Under the pieces are notes generated by a model that was not told where the DNA came from, ran no database searches, and saw nothing but the letters and a program-made list of their open reading frames with translations. Of a stretch of DNA of 64,000 bases, positions 19,503 through 29,064 are shown in pieces. The stretch comes from Dehalococcoidia bacterium UBA1162. GTDB taxonomy: Bacteria; Chloroflexota; Dehalococcoidia; GIF9; UBA5629. Positions within the stretch are counted from its first letter, which is position 1. Each line of letters starts with the position of its first letter. The stretch is taken from assembly GCA_002311135.1 (NCBI GenBank), contig DBZK01000037.1, positions 73,852-137,851 of the forward strand, given 5' to 3'. Position numbers and translations under genes: made by a program.

Positions 19503-20615
19503 ATGTCAAAATCAATGTTCTCAACAGCACCGGCTAAAATCAAAGCCATAGGCTGCGGCGGCGGCGGCTCAAATGCTATCACCCGCATGGTCCGCGAAGG
19601 GATCAAGGGCGTCGAATTCATCTGCATGAACACCGATGCGCAGGCCTTAGCCTTGGCAGAGGTCCCGGTACGCGTCCAACTCGGTGAAAAACTCACCCGC
19701 GGGCTTGGCGCAGGCGGCGATCACAATGTCGGCAGGAAATCGGCCGAAGAAAGCCGTCAGGCAATCCAGGAAGTGGTCTCCGGCGCTGACATGGTATTCA
19801 TCACGGCAGGCATGGGCGGCGGCACCGGCACAGGCAGCATCCCCGTAGTGGCTGAAGTTGCCAGATCATCCGGGGCACTGACTATTGCCATCGTAACCAA
19901 ACCCTTTGCCTTCGAGGGCGCAAGGCGCATGAAGGTAGCCGAAGATGGTATCCTGCAGCTTTGCGACAAGGTAGATACCCTGGTCATCATACCCAACGAC
20001 CGTATAATCGAACTCTGTGACAACAAAACCACCGTCGACAATGCCTTTCGGTTGGCCGATGATGTATTGAAGCTGGGTGTTCAGGCCATTGCCGAAGTGG
20101 TAACCGTCCCCGGCCTTATCAACCTGGACTTTGCTGACATCAGGGCCATCATGAAGAACTCCGGCCCGGCATGGATGTCCGTAGGCCATGGCAAGGGTTC
20201 CAACAGGGCGGTCGAGGCAGCCAAGGCTGCGCTGGCCAGCCCGATGCTGGACGTTTCCATCAGCGGCGCCAAGGGCGTACTTTTCAACGTAACCGGCGGC
20301 AGCAACCTGACGCTCTTCGAGTGCAACGAGGCAGCCGACGTAATTGCCCAATCAGTCGATCCTGACGCCAACATCATATTCGGCGTGGTCTTCAACCCTC
20401 AGCTTGAGGATGAAGTCCAGATTACCATCATAGCTACCGGGTTTACAGCCCAGTATGGTTCCGGGGTTCCGACCGAGGTTGAACTGCGCAGACTGCTTCG
20501 TGGAGCGACCGAAGACAGCCTTGATGTTCCTTCATTCCTGCGAAGAGGCACGCGTTATCCCAATGCGCAAGCGGGAGCACCTCGCCAGGCAGATATGAGC
20601 AGAATACCTCGCTAA
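19503..20615 (+). CDS. ftsZ: cell division GTPase FtsZ
   Basis: Tubulin signature GGGTGTG (…AGMGGGTGTGS…); 370 aa. Confidence 0.95.
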   Translation: MSKSMFSTAPAKIKAIGCGGGGSNAITRMVREGIKGVEFICMNTDAQALALAEVPVRVQLGEKLTRGLGAGGDHNVGRKSAEESRQAIQEVVSGADMVFITAGMGGGTGTGSIPVVAEVARSSGALTIAIVTKPFAFEGARRMKVAEDGILQLCDKVDTLVIIPNDRIIELCDNKTTVDNAFRLADDVLKLGVQAIAEVVTVPGLINLDFADIRAIMKNSGPAWMSVGHGKGSNRAVEAAKAALASPMLDVSISGAKGVLFNVTGGSNLTLFECNEAADVIAQSVDPDANIIFGVVFNPQLEDEVQITIIATGFTAQYGSGVPTEVELRRLLRGATEDSLDVPSFLRRGTRYPNAQAGAPRQADMSRIPR

Positions 20616-20647
20616 CATAGTACAATCCAATTAATGCACTGGACCAT

Positions 20648-20683
20648 AAAGAGGTCGGAGAAATTTCTCCGACCTCTTTTATT
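20648..20683 (+). terminator. rho-independent terminator after ftsZ
   Basis: Perfect 16-bp palindrome AAAGAGGTCGGAGAAA/TTTCTCCGACCTCTTT followed by TTTTATT. Confidence 0.7.
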
Positions 20684-20698
20684 ATGTATTGTCAGCCA

Positions 20699-20752
20699 TT
20701 GACTCTTACTATATGTTGTGATAGTATCCTTCTGCACCACACAGTGTAGTGT
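20699..20752 (+). promoter_or_regulatory. nrdR promoter (TTGACT-N17-TAGTAT) with two candidate NrdR boxes
   Basis: ttACTATATgTTGTGa (20706-20721) and acacagtgtagtgttt (~20737-20752) each match the published acaCwAtATaTwGtgt consensus at about 12 of 16 positions. Centres are about 31 bp apart. Confidence 0.4.
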
Positions 20753-21298
20753 TTGACGATGAAGTGCCCTTCTTGCGGTGAGTTAGAATCTAAGGTGATA
20801 GATTCGCGAAGCCTTGGGGATGAAATAAGGAGGCGTCGTGAATGTATTAAATGCAGGGAGCGCTTCACGACTTATGAGAGGGTCCAGAACAGGGGCCTCT
20901 ACGTAATCAAGAAAGACGGCAGAAGGGAAGATTTCAACCGTGAGAAATTATTTTCAGGGATCCGCAAAGCCTGTGAGAAACGTCCCATGCCGACCGGGAC
21001 CATAGAAAAACTGGTCGAGACTATCGAAACTGACCTGTATCGTCTCGGCAAGACTGAGATCTCCAGCGCTCTGATCGGGAAGATCATTGTCAGCAAACTG
21101 GCCGACATCGATCATATCGCGTATATCAGATTTGCCAGCGTTTACTACGAGTTCTCAGATATCACCACCTTAAAGCAGGCGGTTGATACTCTGATCGAAA
21201 GTAAGCATGGGGCGCCTCTGGATGGACAGTTGCCTCTGATAAATCCCAGGGAAGCCGAAAGGCAAAAACGCAGGGGCAAGAGACAGCAACATGGTTAA
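20753..21298 (+). CDS. nrdR: transcriptional repressor NrdR
   Basis: N-terminal zinc ribbon CPSCGELESKVIDSR...CIKCRERFTTYE plus an ATP-cone. Confidence 0.9.
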   Translation: MTMKCPSCGELESKVIDSRSLGDEIRRRRECIKCRERFTTYERVQNRGLYVIKKDGRREDFNREKLFSGIRKACEKRPMPTGTIEKLVETIETDLYRLGKTEISSALIGKIIVSKLADIDHIAYIRFASVYYEFSDITTLKQAVDTLIESKHGAPLDGQLPLINPREAERQKRRGKRQQHG

Positions 21299-23921
21299 CA
21301 GGCAGTCGAAGAACTATCTATCGGATTCGATGCGCAATTACATTGCGAAGACCGTTTTCACATATATGCAGACACTGGGGTTGGCCGATAGGCATCAGCA
21401 GGAAGACCTGACAGAGCAAGTAATTATGAGGTTGGAGAAGAGTATGTCACTTGAAGAACGCACCCAAACTAAAAAAGTAGAACGAACATTCCCAGGAATG
21501 GAAAACCTGGTTGCTTCAGTGGCTCCACAACCACCCGGCAAGGAACAAATAGAGTCTGCGGTCAACGAGATCCTGGCGGAGAAGACGAGCGCCAAGACCC
21601 CGGCCGAAAGCCCCGCTGCCACGCCTTCCGCCACTCCTGCTATCGTGCCCGCCACCGCTCCCGTTATCCTGCCTGCCACCGGTGAACTGAAGCTAACTGA
21701 AAACGCCCTTATCGTCCTTGAGAAAAGGTATCTGCAAAAAGATGCCCAGGGTAATGTCATAGAAACTCCTGAAGAGATGTTCCGGCGTGTAAGCAGATAT
21801 ATCGCTTCCGCTGAACTCATTTTCGATAAATCTGCCAGGGTTTCCGAGTGGGAAGCCAAGTTCTGTAATCTCATGACGTCGCTGGAATTCCTGCCTAATT
21901 CACCCACTCTCATGAATGCGGGGCGTGAACTGGGGCAACTGTCGGCTTGCTTCGTGCTGCCCATCAACGACACCATGGAGTCGATCTTCGATGCCGTCAA
22001 ATATACGGCTCTTATTCATAAAAGCGGCGGAGGAACAGGGTTCTCCTTCTCACGCATCCGGCCCAAAAATGATAGGGTAGGGTCCACAGGAGGCGTCGCA
22101 AGCGGACCTGTCTCCTTCATGCGCGCCTTCGATATCGCAACAGATGTTATAAAACAGGGCGGCATGCGCCGCGGCGCCAATATGGGCATATTGAACATAG
22201 ACCACCCCGATATCCTGGAATTCATCTCATCCAAGGAAGACCTCAAAGCCTTTACTAATTTCAATATATCGGTGGCCATAACCGACGGTTTTATGCAGGC
22301 CGTTGAGCAGAATGCAGACTACGACCTGATCAACCCCCATAATAAGGAGGTTGTGGGTAAGCTGAACGCCAAAGAGGTCTTCAGCAAAATCGTAGACATG
22401 GCATGGAGGACGGGGGACCCGGGAATAATTTTCCTAGACAGGATCAACGAATTTAACTCGACGCCCAATCTTGGAAAAATAGAAAGCACCAACCCCTGCG
22501 GTGAACAACCTCTACTGCCGTACGAATCATGCAATCTGGGATCGATCAATCTGTCCAGGATGGTCAAACGAGTCAACAGCCACAGCGAAATAGACTACGA
22601 CAGGCTCAGGGAGGTTATCAAGCTGGCGGTTAGATTCCTGGATGATGTGATCGAGGTCAACAAGTTCCCCCTGGAGCAGATCAAGGAGATGACACGTAAA
22701 ACCCGCAAGATCGGACTGGGGGTAATGGGTTTCGCCGATATGCTGATTCAGTTGCAGATACCCTACAACTCGGATCGTGCGCTCGAGACTGCCGAGGCAA
22801 TGATGCGTTTTATTTCGGAAGAAGCTACCAAGGAATCCGAATCATTGGGAATGTCCAGGGGAACCTTCCCGGCTTTCAACGGCAGCATATATGACACCCA
22901 GAACGGTCCTAAGGTGAGAAATGCCAACAGGACCACCATCGCGCCGACGGGCACTCTAAGCATAATCGCCGGCTGCTCCAGCGGTATTGAGCCTCTTTTC
23001 GCCTTGAGTTACTTCCGCAATATACTGGATGGTCAGACGTTAATCGAGGTCAACCCCTATTTTGAGGAAGCGGCAAAGAAAGATAGTTTCTACTCGGCCG
23101 AGCTTATGCAAAAGCTGGCAGAGGGAGAGAAATTAAATTGCATTCCTTCGGTCCCCGATAAGGTCAAGGATGTTTTCGTAACTTCGCATGATATCTCGCC
23201 CGAATGGCATGTGAAAATCCAGGCTGCCTTCCAGAAATATACTGACAGCGCCGTTTCCAAAACGGTGAATCTGCCCCACGAAGCAACCATAGAAGATGTG
23301 AAAAATGTCTACCTTATGGCTTATAAACTCGGCTTGAAAGGCATCACAATTTACAGGGACAGGAGCCGGGACAGCCAGGTTTTGAATACAGGCCAGAAAG
23401 AAGCCGTAAAAGAAAAAGAGACGGATAAGGAAGCAGACGCCGAAGCCAGGCTTTCCCCACGACAGAGGCCCAAGATCACCAGGGGCATTACCGAACGTGT
23501 AACGACCGGCTGCGGTTATATCTATGTTACGGTTAATTTTGATGACAAGGGCATATGTGAAGTTTTTTGCAGCCTGGGTAAAGCCGGAGGTTGCGCTTCC
23601 GCACAACTTGAAGCTACCAGCCGGCTCATCTCGCTTATTTTCAGATCGGGCATCGATGTCGGCTCAGTCATAAAGCAGCTCAGGGCCATTCGCTGCCCTT
23701 CGGTTTCATGGGAACGCGGACGAGCGATATTGTCCTGTGCCGACGCCATCGGCAGCGTACTCGAAAAATACGTGAAAAAGGATGAAGACCTTGTCCCCAT
23801 AAAAAATATCGGTCAGTCCTCAGGAAGCTCTAACGGGCAATGCCCCGACTGCGGCAATCTGCTGGTATATCAAGAGGGCTGTCACATTTGCCCGAGTTGC
23901 GGCTATACTAAATGTGGATGA
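21291..23921 (+). CDS. nrdJ: class II (adenosylcobalamin-dependent) ribonucleotide reductase
   Basis: 876 aa with active-site motifs NPCGEQPLLPYESCNLGSINL and PTLMNAGRELGQLSACF, and a C-terminal Cys4 ribbon CPDCGN...CHICPSCG. Overlaps nrdR. Confidence 0.85.
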   Translation: MVNRQSKNYLSDSMRNYIAKTVFTYMQTLGLADRHQQEDLTEQVIMRLEKSMSLEERTQTKKVERTFPGMENLVASVAPQPPGKEQIESAVNEILAEKTSAKTPAESPAATPSATPAIVPATAPVILPATGELKLTENALIVLEKRYLQKDAQGNVIETPEEMFRRVSRYIASAELIFDKSARVSEWEAKFCNLMTSLEFLPNSPTLMNAGRELGQLSACFVLPINDTMESIFDAVKYTALIHKSGGGTGFSFSRIRPKNDRVGSTGGVASGPVSFMRAFDIATDVIKQGGMRRGANMGILNIDHPDILEFISSKEDLKAFTNFNISVAITDGFMQAVEQNADYDLINPHNKEVVGKLNAKEVFSKIVDMAWRTGDPGIIFLDRINEFNSTPNLGKIESTNPCGEQPLLPYESCNLGSINLSRMVKRVNSHSEIDYDRLREVIKLAVRFLDDVIEVNKFPLEQIKEMTRKTRKIGLGVMGFADMLIQLQIPYNSDRALETAEAMMRFISEEATKESESLGMSRGTFPAFNGSIYDTQNGPKVRNANRTTIAPTGTLSIIAGCSSGIEPLFALSYFRNILDGQTLIEVNPYFEEAAKKDSFYSAELMQKLAEGEKLNCIPSVPDKVKDVFVTSHDISPEWHVKIQAAFQKYTDSAVSKTVNLPHEATIEDVKNVYLMAYKLGLKGITIYRDRSRDSQVLNTGQKEAVKEKETDKEADAEARLSPRQRPKITRGITERVTTGCGYIYVTVNFDDKGICEVFCSLGKAGGCASAQLEATSRLISLIFRSGIDVGSVIKQLRAIRCPSVSWERGRAILSCADAIGSVLEKYVKKDEDLVPIKNIGQSSGSSNGQCPDCGNLLVYQEGCHICPSCGYTKCG

Positions 23922-23954
23922 TATGCTACATTAGCATGAAGGGGTGGAAGATGT

Positions 23955-25376
23955 ATGGATGCTACTGAAAATCGCTGTACTCTTGCATTTAAACAAATAG
24001 GTAAAGTAATCAACAGCGATTTGCCTTTTAAAAAGCTTATGAACTTGATAGCCGCCAGCGCGGCGCGGGCGCTGCAGGCGTCTGGGTGCGCTATTATGGT
24101 GCTCAATCCTCAACGTGAATATCTCGATATCATCGGCGCCTCTGGGCTGAGCGACGTCTATTTACGCAAAGGAGCATTGAACGCCCGCAAAAGCTACCCG
24201 GAGATCCTGGACGGCAAGACTGTAGCAGTTGAAGATTTTTTAGCCGATAAAAGAACTCAGTTCCCCGAGCAGGCGGCCAAGGAAAACCTTAAGTCACTGC
24301 TGGGTGCGCCCATTTTGCAAAAAGAGGAGGTGCTGGGGGAGATCAGGATCTACACGCATGAAAAAAAGCACTTCAAACCGCATGAGAGAGACTTCATTGC
24401 CACCGTGGCCAATATCATTGCGGTGACGCTGGAAAAAAATGAACTGTACCAGTACTTAAATACACACCATGAGACCAAGGTTACGCAGCAAAAAAAGCTC
24501 ACCAGCTTCTCCCACCTCCCTTTAAAACCGGTGCGTCCGACAACCTTCAGCCACCCCAGCGAAGAAGAGTTTGCCAGGCTGTTGGATTTTTACCAGGTGG
24601 AATGGCTGTACGAGCCGCGTTCATTCCCGTTGTCCTGGGAAGATAAGAGGATTACCGAGATGTTCACTCCGGATTTCTACCTGCCTGAGATCAATTTGTA
24701 CATCGAGTTAACTACTTCCAAGCAAAGCCTTATCACCGAGAAAAATCGTAAGCTGCGCCAGCTCAAGGAGCTCTATCCGGATGTCAACGTAAAACTGCTC
24801 AATAAAGCCGATTACCTGAAGCTGTTTGTTAAATACGATTTTATACCCCTTGGTGAAAATAAAATGAATGGCGTGCAGAAGTATCTATTCAATAAGACCC
24901 AGATCGACAGGCGCGTTAAGTCGCTGGCGAAACAGATATCCAAGGAATACCAGGGGAAGGACCTTATTCTGATAGGTATTCTGAAGGGGGTTATATGTTT
25001 TATTTCGGACCTTATGCAGAATATATCTATACCCCTTGAATGCGATTTCATGGCGATATCGACCCCCCAGGGCAAGTCCGATTCACCGATCAAAATAACT
25101 AAGGACCTGGATATAGATATTAAAGGCAAACATGTACTGATGGTGGAAGATATAATCGATACGGGGATGACCTTAAACTATATATTAAACTATCTTGCGA
25201 CCCGCAAGCCGGCGAGCTTAAAGGTATGTACGCTACTGGATAAGAGAGTCAGGCGTTTAATCGATGTGCACCTTGACTATATCGGATTCGAGATACCGGA
25301 TGAATTTGTCGTGGGCTATGGGCTGGATGTCAGAGGGAAATACCGTAACCTGCCGTTTATAGCGATTTTAGAATAA
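23955..25376 (+). CDS. in-frame three-part fusion: N-terminal GAF domain, central PD-(D/E)xK-like segment, C-terminal hypoxanthine phosphoribosyltransferase
   Basis: The C-terminal ~177 aa, starting MNGVQKYLFNKTQIDRRVKSLAKQI, form a full HPRT with the PRPP motif VLMVEDIIDTGMTL. The N-terminus is GAF-like. The middle has FTPDFYLPEINLYIELTTSK. There is no stop codon between the parts. Confidence 0.7.
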   Translation: MDATENRCTLAFKQIGKVINSDLPFKKLMNLIAASAARALQASGCAIMVLNPQREYLDIIGASGLSDVYLRKGALNARKSYPEILDGKTVAVEDFLADKRTQFPEQAAKENLKSLLGAPILQKEEVLGEIRIYTHEKKHFKPHERDFIATVANIIAVTLEKNELYQYLNTHHETKVTQQKKLTSFSHLPLKPVRPTTFSHPSEEEFARLLDFYQVEWLYEPRSFPLSWEDKRITEMFTPDFYLPEINLYIELTTSKQSLITEKNRKLRQLKELYPDVNVKLLNKADYLKLFVKYDFIPLGENKMNGVQKYLFNKTQIDRRVKSLAKQISKEYQGKDLILIGILKGVICFISDLMQNISIPLECDFMAISTPQGKSDSPIKITKDLDIDIKGKHVLMVEDIIDTGMTLNYILNYLATRKPASLKVCTLLDKRVRRLIDVHLDYIGFEIPDEFVVGYGLDVRGKYRNLPFIAILE

Positions 25377-25592
25377 AAAAAGCCCCAAGTAACCTCAGTA
25401 TCCCGGTTCCTCATCTTCCCCCCTTACACTATTCGGCCTTCGCCTACCTCGTGCTAGGGACCTCAGCCTCCCCGTTCCAACTTTGATTACTTGGGACATT
25501 TTCAAAATTAGCACATAAACGCATATATGTCAATACCCCATTTACGTTCAATAAAATATATTTTACAAAAATTTTATTAATATTTACCGGGC

Positions 25593-26372
25593 TCAAGTTA
25601 CCAGTAAGGATATCAAATTAGATATTTCCCGGCCCCACAATAAAGTAACGACCGCACCCGACGCTAGAAAAAGCGCAAAGGGAATAGGCTGGTTAAGCTT
25701 CCAAAGTTTGAGTATTACCATCAGTATAACCGTCAGGCCGCCCATCAAAACCGCCACGTATATGGCTGCGGCGACCAGCGGAAAACCAACCATAAGGCCG
25801 ATTAACCCTCCCATTAGGACATCACCGAATCCAATTACTACTTTTTTTATCAGCCAGGCTATGCACCAGATTAAAAAGAAAAAACCAAAGCCTGCGATAA
25901 ATCCGATGCCTGCGCCGATTATGTCGGGTGATAAACCTGCCAGGATTTTGACCAATGTGATTATGAGGACAATCCCAATGGACGGATAGATAATTATCCC
26001 CGGCAAAAAGCCGCTCTCCAGGTCTGTAATAGACAGTACTATCAGGATGCAAATGTAGAGAAGGACAACCGGCAACTGCCACTGCAGACCTAGCACGGCC
26101 CATGCCAGCACAAAGAGCAACCCGGTGATCAGCTCCACCAGCATCGACCTCAGTGGTATGCCGGCGCCACAGTAACGGCACCTGCCCTTTAAAACTAAAT
26201 AGCTGACGACGGGTATCAAGTCCCTTGCTTCCAATACATGACCGCAATTGAAACAATGCGAGGGGGGGGACACAATGGATTTACGCTGCGGCACCCTGTC
26301 TGCCACGACATTCAAAAAACTGCCAAAGCTAATGCCTATCAAGAATAAAATAAACGCTAAAATAATTTCCAA
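25593..26372 (-). CDS. pilD: prepilin peptidase (A24 family) with N-terminal zinc-finger
   Basis: CFNCGH...CRYCG tetracysteine followed by a polytopic membrane domain; 259 aa. Confidence 0.85.
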   Translation of the reverse strand: MEIILAFILFLIGISFGSFLNVVADRVPQRKSIVSPPSHCFNCGHVLEARDLIPVVSYLVLKGRCRYCGAGIPLRSMLVELITGLLFVLAWAVLGLQWQLPVVLLYICILIVLSITDLESGFLPGIIIYPSIGIVLIITLVKILAGLSPDIIGAGIGFIAGFGFFFLIWCIAWLIKKVVIGFGDVLMGGLIGLMVGFPLVAAAIYVAVLMGGLTVILMVILKLWKLNQPIPFALFLASGAVVTLLWGREISNLISLLVT

Positions 26373-26376
26373 GTGA

Positions 26377-28845
26377 TTAATTACTTCCAGGTATCTTTGA
26401 TTCTCTATCCATCAGGCCGCCGACTATGGCTTGCCTCTCGGTTTGAAATTCGCTGTGATTGCTCAACATAGCATTAACCACACCTGCCAGCAGGGTAATA
26501 TCCTCGTCCGGCACTATTTCGGCCGATTTCCCAAATGCCTGCACAGAGTCCTGGTAGTCCCTGCCGTAGACATCGGTAATACCCAGCAACATATATCCTT
26601 TCCAATCGCTTCCATCACTATTAAGGTGGGATTTTAAAGCGCCTATCACCGAATTTATGTCACTGGTCCTGTAAGTGGTCAACATACTGCAAAAATTAAT
26701 ATAGTAGCTTATATCTTTCACGTCTTTGACCGGCGTGATGATAAAATCGGCCGCTGCCTGTTTATCGCCATTATATATTTCCAGCAATCCCTGAAAAAAT
26801 GACGTCTGAATCCACAGCGGATCGCTTTTAGCCGAGTCGGCCAATTTTTGTGCCGCCGCCGGATAATCTCCTTTGAAGATCAGGGCCAGTGCCCATTTGT
26901 TCAGGATCACCGCATTTGCCGGGAATATCCGGTCGGCTTTTTCATAAAGCCCGATGGCATCATCAAATTTATCCTTATTGCCGTTTAGAGCCCAGTAGAC
27001 ATCCACGTCAGCCAGCCTGTAATACCAGATAGCCATGGCCGGGTCCACGCGGATTGCATCGTAATAAGCTGACTCACTTAGGGAAAGCAATTTTGCTTTC
27101 TCCTGGGGGTCGCTGCTCCCCTGAGCCATCATATAAGCCAGGTCACCCACGAAGTTGTGATAATAGGATTGCTGGGGTTCGATCCTTGCCGCCTCAGTGT
27201 ACATGGCCATAGCGGCATTCTTGTCTTTGTTATAGAGGGTCAATCCGCTTTGAATATAGGTGTTTGCCAGTAAAGGAGTTGCCGTAAGGCCGGCTCCAAT
27301 AGCAATAAATATCATAATTACGATCATCGAGATGAGTTTTTTTATCAGGCCGGGGCCTGTTTCCGCAGCGTTCTGCCCTTCCTCTTCTACATCGACAGGC
27401 TGCTTCGGCAGGGTAATTTCTCCCTCTGAGTGGATTCGAATCTCGGCCACTGTTAATGCCAAAAACAGCCAGAATACCAGCTCAGCCGTAATGACCGAAG
27501 GGTCGAAAAATACGTGCGCACAGTATTGCACAATGGCGGCGATGAAGGCTGATATAAGCAGGATTGAATTTCTCTCTCTGCTTCGCAGCAGGTATTTAAA
27601 GCCCTTGTAGAAGAAGATGCCCAGAATCACTAGAAAAGCCAGCAAACCCAGGATGCCCAACGTCAGTGCCAGGTACAGGTAATGGTTTTCGGGCTGCGAG
27701 ATTACCAGTGATTCAAAAGTATATGTAGCTTTCCAGGCGGGGGGAAACCTGGTTTGGGACATGGCTATGAAGGTCTCGGGCCCATATCCGATGAGCGGCC
27801 TTAAGAAGTGCCAATTATCCTGTAGATAAGGGATCTCAGGTGATTGAGTAATTACCTCTACAGCGCACTGCCATGTTTGCAGACGGATGGGCAAAGTTCC
27901 CAGCCCTACCTGTTCGGCCATTGTGGCATTTTGAGTGCGGCTCTCACCGGGTAAAACACCGTTCTCCGGGATAATCATCTGACCGAGCAGAACTAGCGCA
28001 ACCAGCACTATAAACAGGAGGGACAAAATACTGAGACCCATGGTTGTCTTTCTTTGCAGGAAAATGCCGACCAGCACAAAGAAGGTAAAAATGCCTATTA
28101 TGAATAACAGCAGGGTGATGGAATATTGCGCCAGCGCCAGGCAACACATCTGCAGGACAAATACCGCCAGCAGTCCGACGAACCTGATCCACTTCACTGT
28201 TCTGGATAACGGTGCATACCAGGTCAGTATGATTAAAGCCAGTGTGACCGGCAAGATCATGGCTATGAAGCCGCTTAACGATAGTGGGTTGCCATCGATA
28301 GACACCACCCTGCCGCCCAGTAGACCCCAGGGAGCAAGGAAAAATTGCACTATGCCGATCAAACAAACTATGGCTGAAGCTATCACCAGCGCATACAAAG
28401 CACGGTAAACCTGCTTGCGTGACCTTATTTTCTGTGACACGATCAGGAAAAAAATGATCCATGATATATTGGGGAGCAGTCCCACGCTGCCGGCCAGGTT
28501 CCCCCACAGACTCTTATAGGGCATGATCGAGCAGACTGTCGATATAATCCATATCAAACCGAAGCTTACTACAGCAACCTGCAGCGGCGATCCTTTTACC
28601 CTTTTTAGCAGGCCTTTCCAACTGATTTCATGCTTGGAAAGCAGCCACTGAGCCAATACCAGGCCCAGTAACATACACACTAAAAATACCAGGACAAGCG
28701 ATTTAACAAAATAATAAGGATTGAGGCAAAAGGGATCGTAAGCAAGCGGAACCAGGAAGATCGTCAGCAGCCATACATATTCAATGGCTTTCTCCAGCCC
28801 GTTATATAAATTGCTGTTTCGATTGCCGGTTAATTCCATTCGCAC
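26377..28845 (-). CDS. O-antigen ligase (Wzy_C) family polytopic membrane protein with a C-terminal TPR domain; candidate pilin O-oligosaccharyltransferase
   Basis: More than 10 predicted TM helices. Wzy_C-like motif PENHYLYLALTLGILGL. C-terminal ~330 aa of TPR-like repeats. Sits between pilD and pilA. Confidence 0.65.
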   Translation of the reverse strand: MRMELTGNRNSNLYNGLEKAIEYVWLLTIFLVPLAYDPFCLNPYYFVKSLVLVFLVCMLLGLVLAQWLLSKHEISWKGLLKRVKGSPLQVAVVSFGLIWIISTVCSIMPYKSLWGNLAGSVGLLPNISWIIFFLIVSQKIRSRKQVYRALYALVIASAIVCLIGIVQFFLAPWGLLGGRVVSIDGNPLSLSGFIAMILPVTLALIILTWYAPLSRTVKWIRFVGLLAVFVLQMCCLALAQYSITLLLFIIGIFTFFVLVGIFLQRKTTMGLSILSLLFIVLVALVLLGQMIIPENGVLPGESRTQNATMAEQVGLGTLPIRLQTWQCAVEVITQSPEIPYLQDNWHFLRPLIGYGPETFIAMSQTRFPPAWKATYTFESLVISQPENHYLYLALTLGILGLLAFLVILGIFFYKGFKYLLRSRERNSILLISAFIAAIVQYCAHVFFDPSVITAELVFWLFLALTVAEIRIHSEGEITLPKQPVDVEEEGQNAAETGPGLIKKLISMIVIMIFIAIGAGLTATPLLANTYIQSGLTLYNKDKNAAMAMYTEAARIEPQQSYYHNFVGDLAYMMAQGSSDPQEKAKLLSLSESAYYDAIRVDPAMAIWYYRLADVDVYWALNGNKDKFDDAIGLYEKADRIFPANAVILNKWALALIFKGDYPAAAQKLADSAKSDPLWIQTSFFQGLLEIYNGDKQAAADFIITPVKDVKDISYYINFCSMLTTYRTSDINSVIGALKSHLNSDGSDWKGYMLLGITDVYGRDYQDSVQAFGKSAEIVPDEDITLLAGVVNAMLSNHSEFQTERQAIVGGLMDRESKIPGSN

Positions 28846-28949
28846 CCATGCCGGGACACACAGATTTTCACTTATTATACTATGCCGCGGGCAATCTTGG
28901 ATTACAGGAAATGTGACCTTAGTACTATAAAAATGTGACCAATTGGCTA

Positions 28950-28977
28950 TTTACATTACGATCGTGGGAAGTATAAT
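28950..28977 (+). promoter_or_regulatory. candidate pilA promoter TTTACA-N16-TATAAT flanked by direct repeats
   Basis: Two copies of GATCGTGGGA (28960-69 and 28980-89) straddle the -10. Two copies of AAATGTGACC (28909-18 and 28931-40) lie upstream. Confidence 0.4.
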
Positions 28978-29064
28978 TGGATCGTGGGACAAAAATAGAT
29001 AGTAGATTAACGTAGCCGGTCAGGTCGATCCGGCTAGTTGAGCAGCTAATTTAGGAGGTAAACT

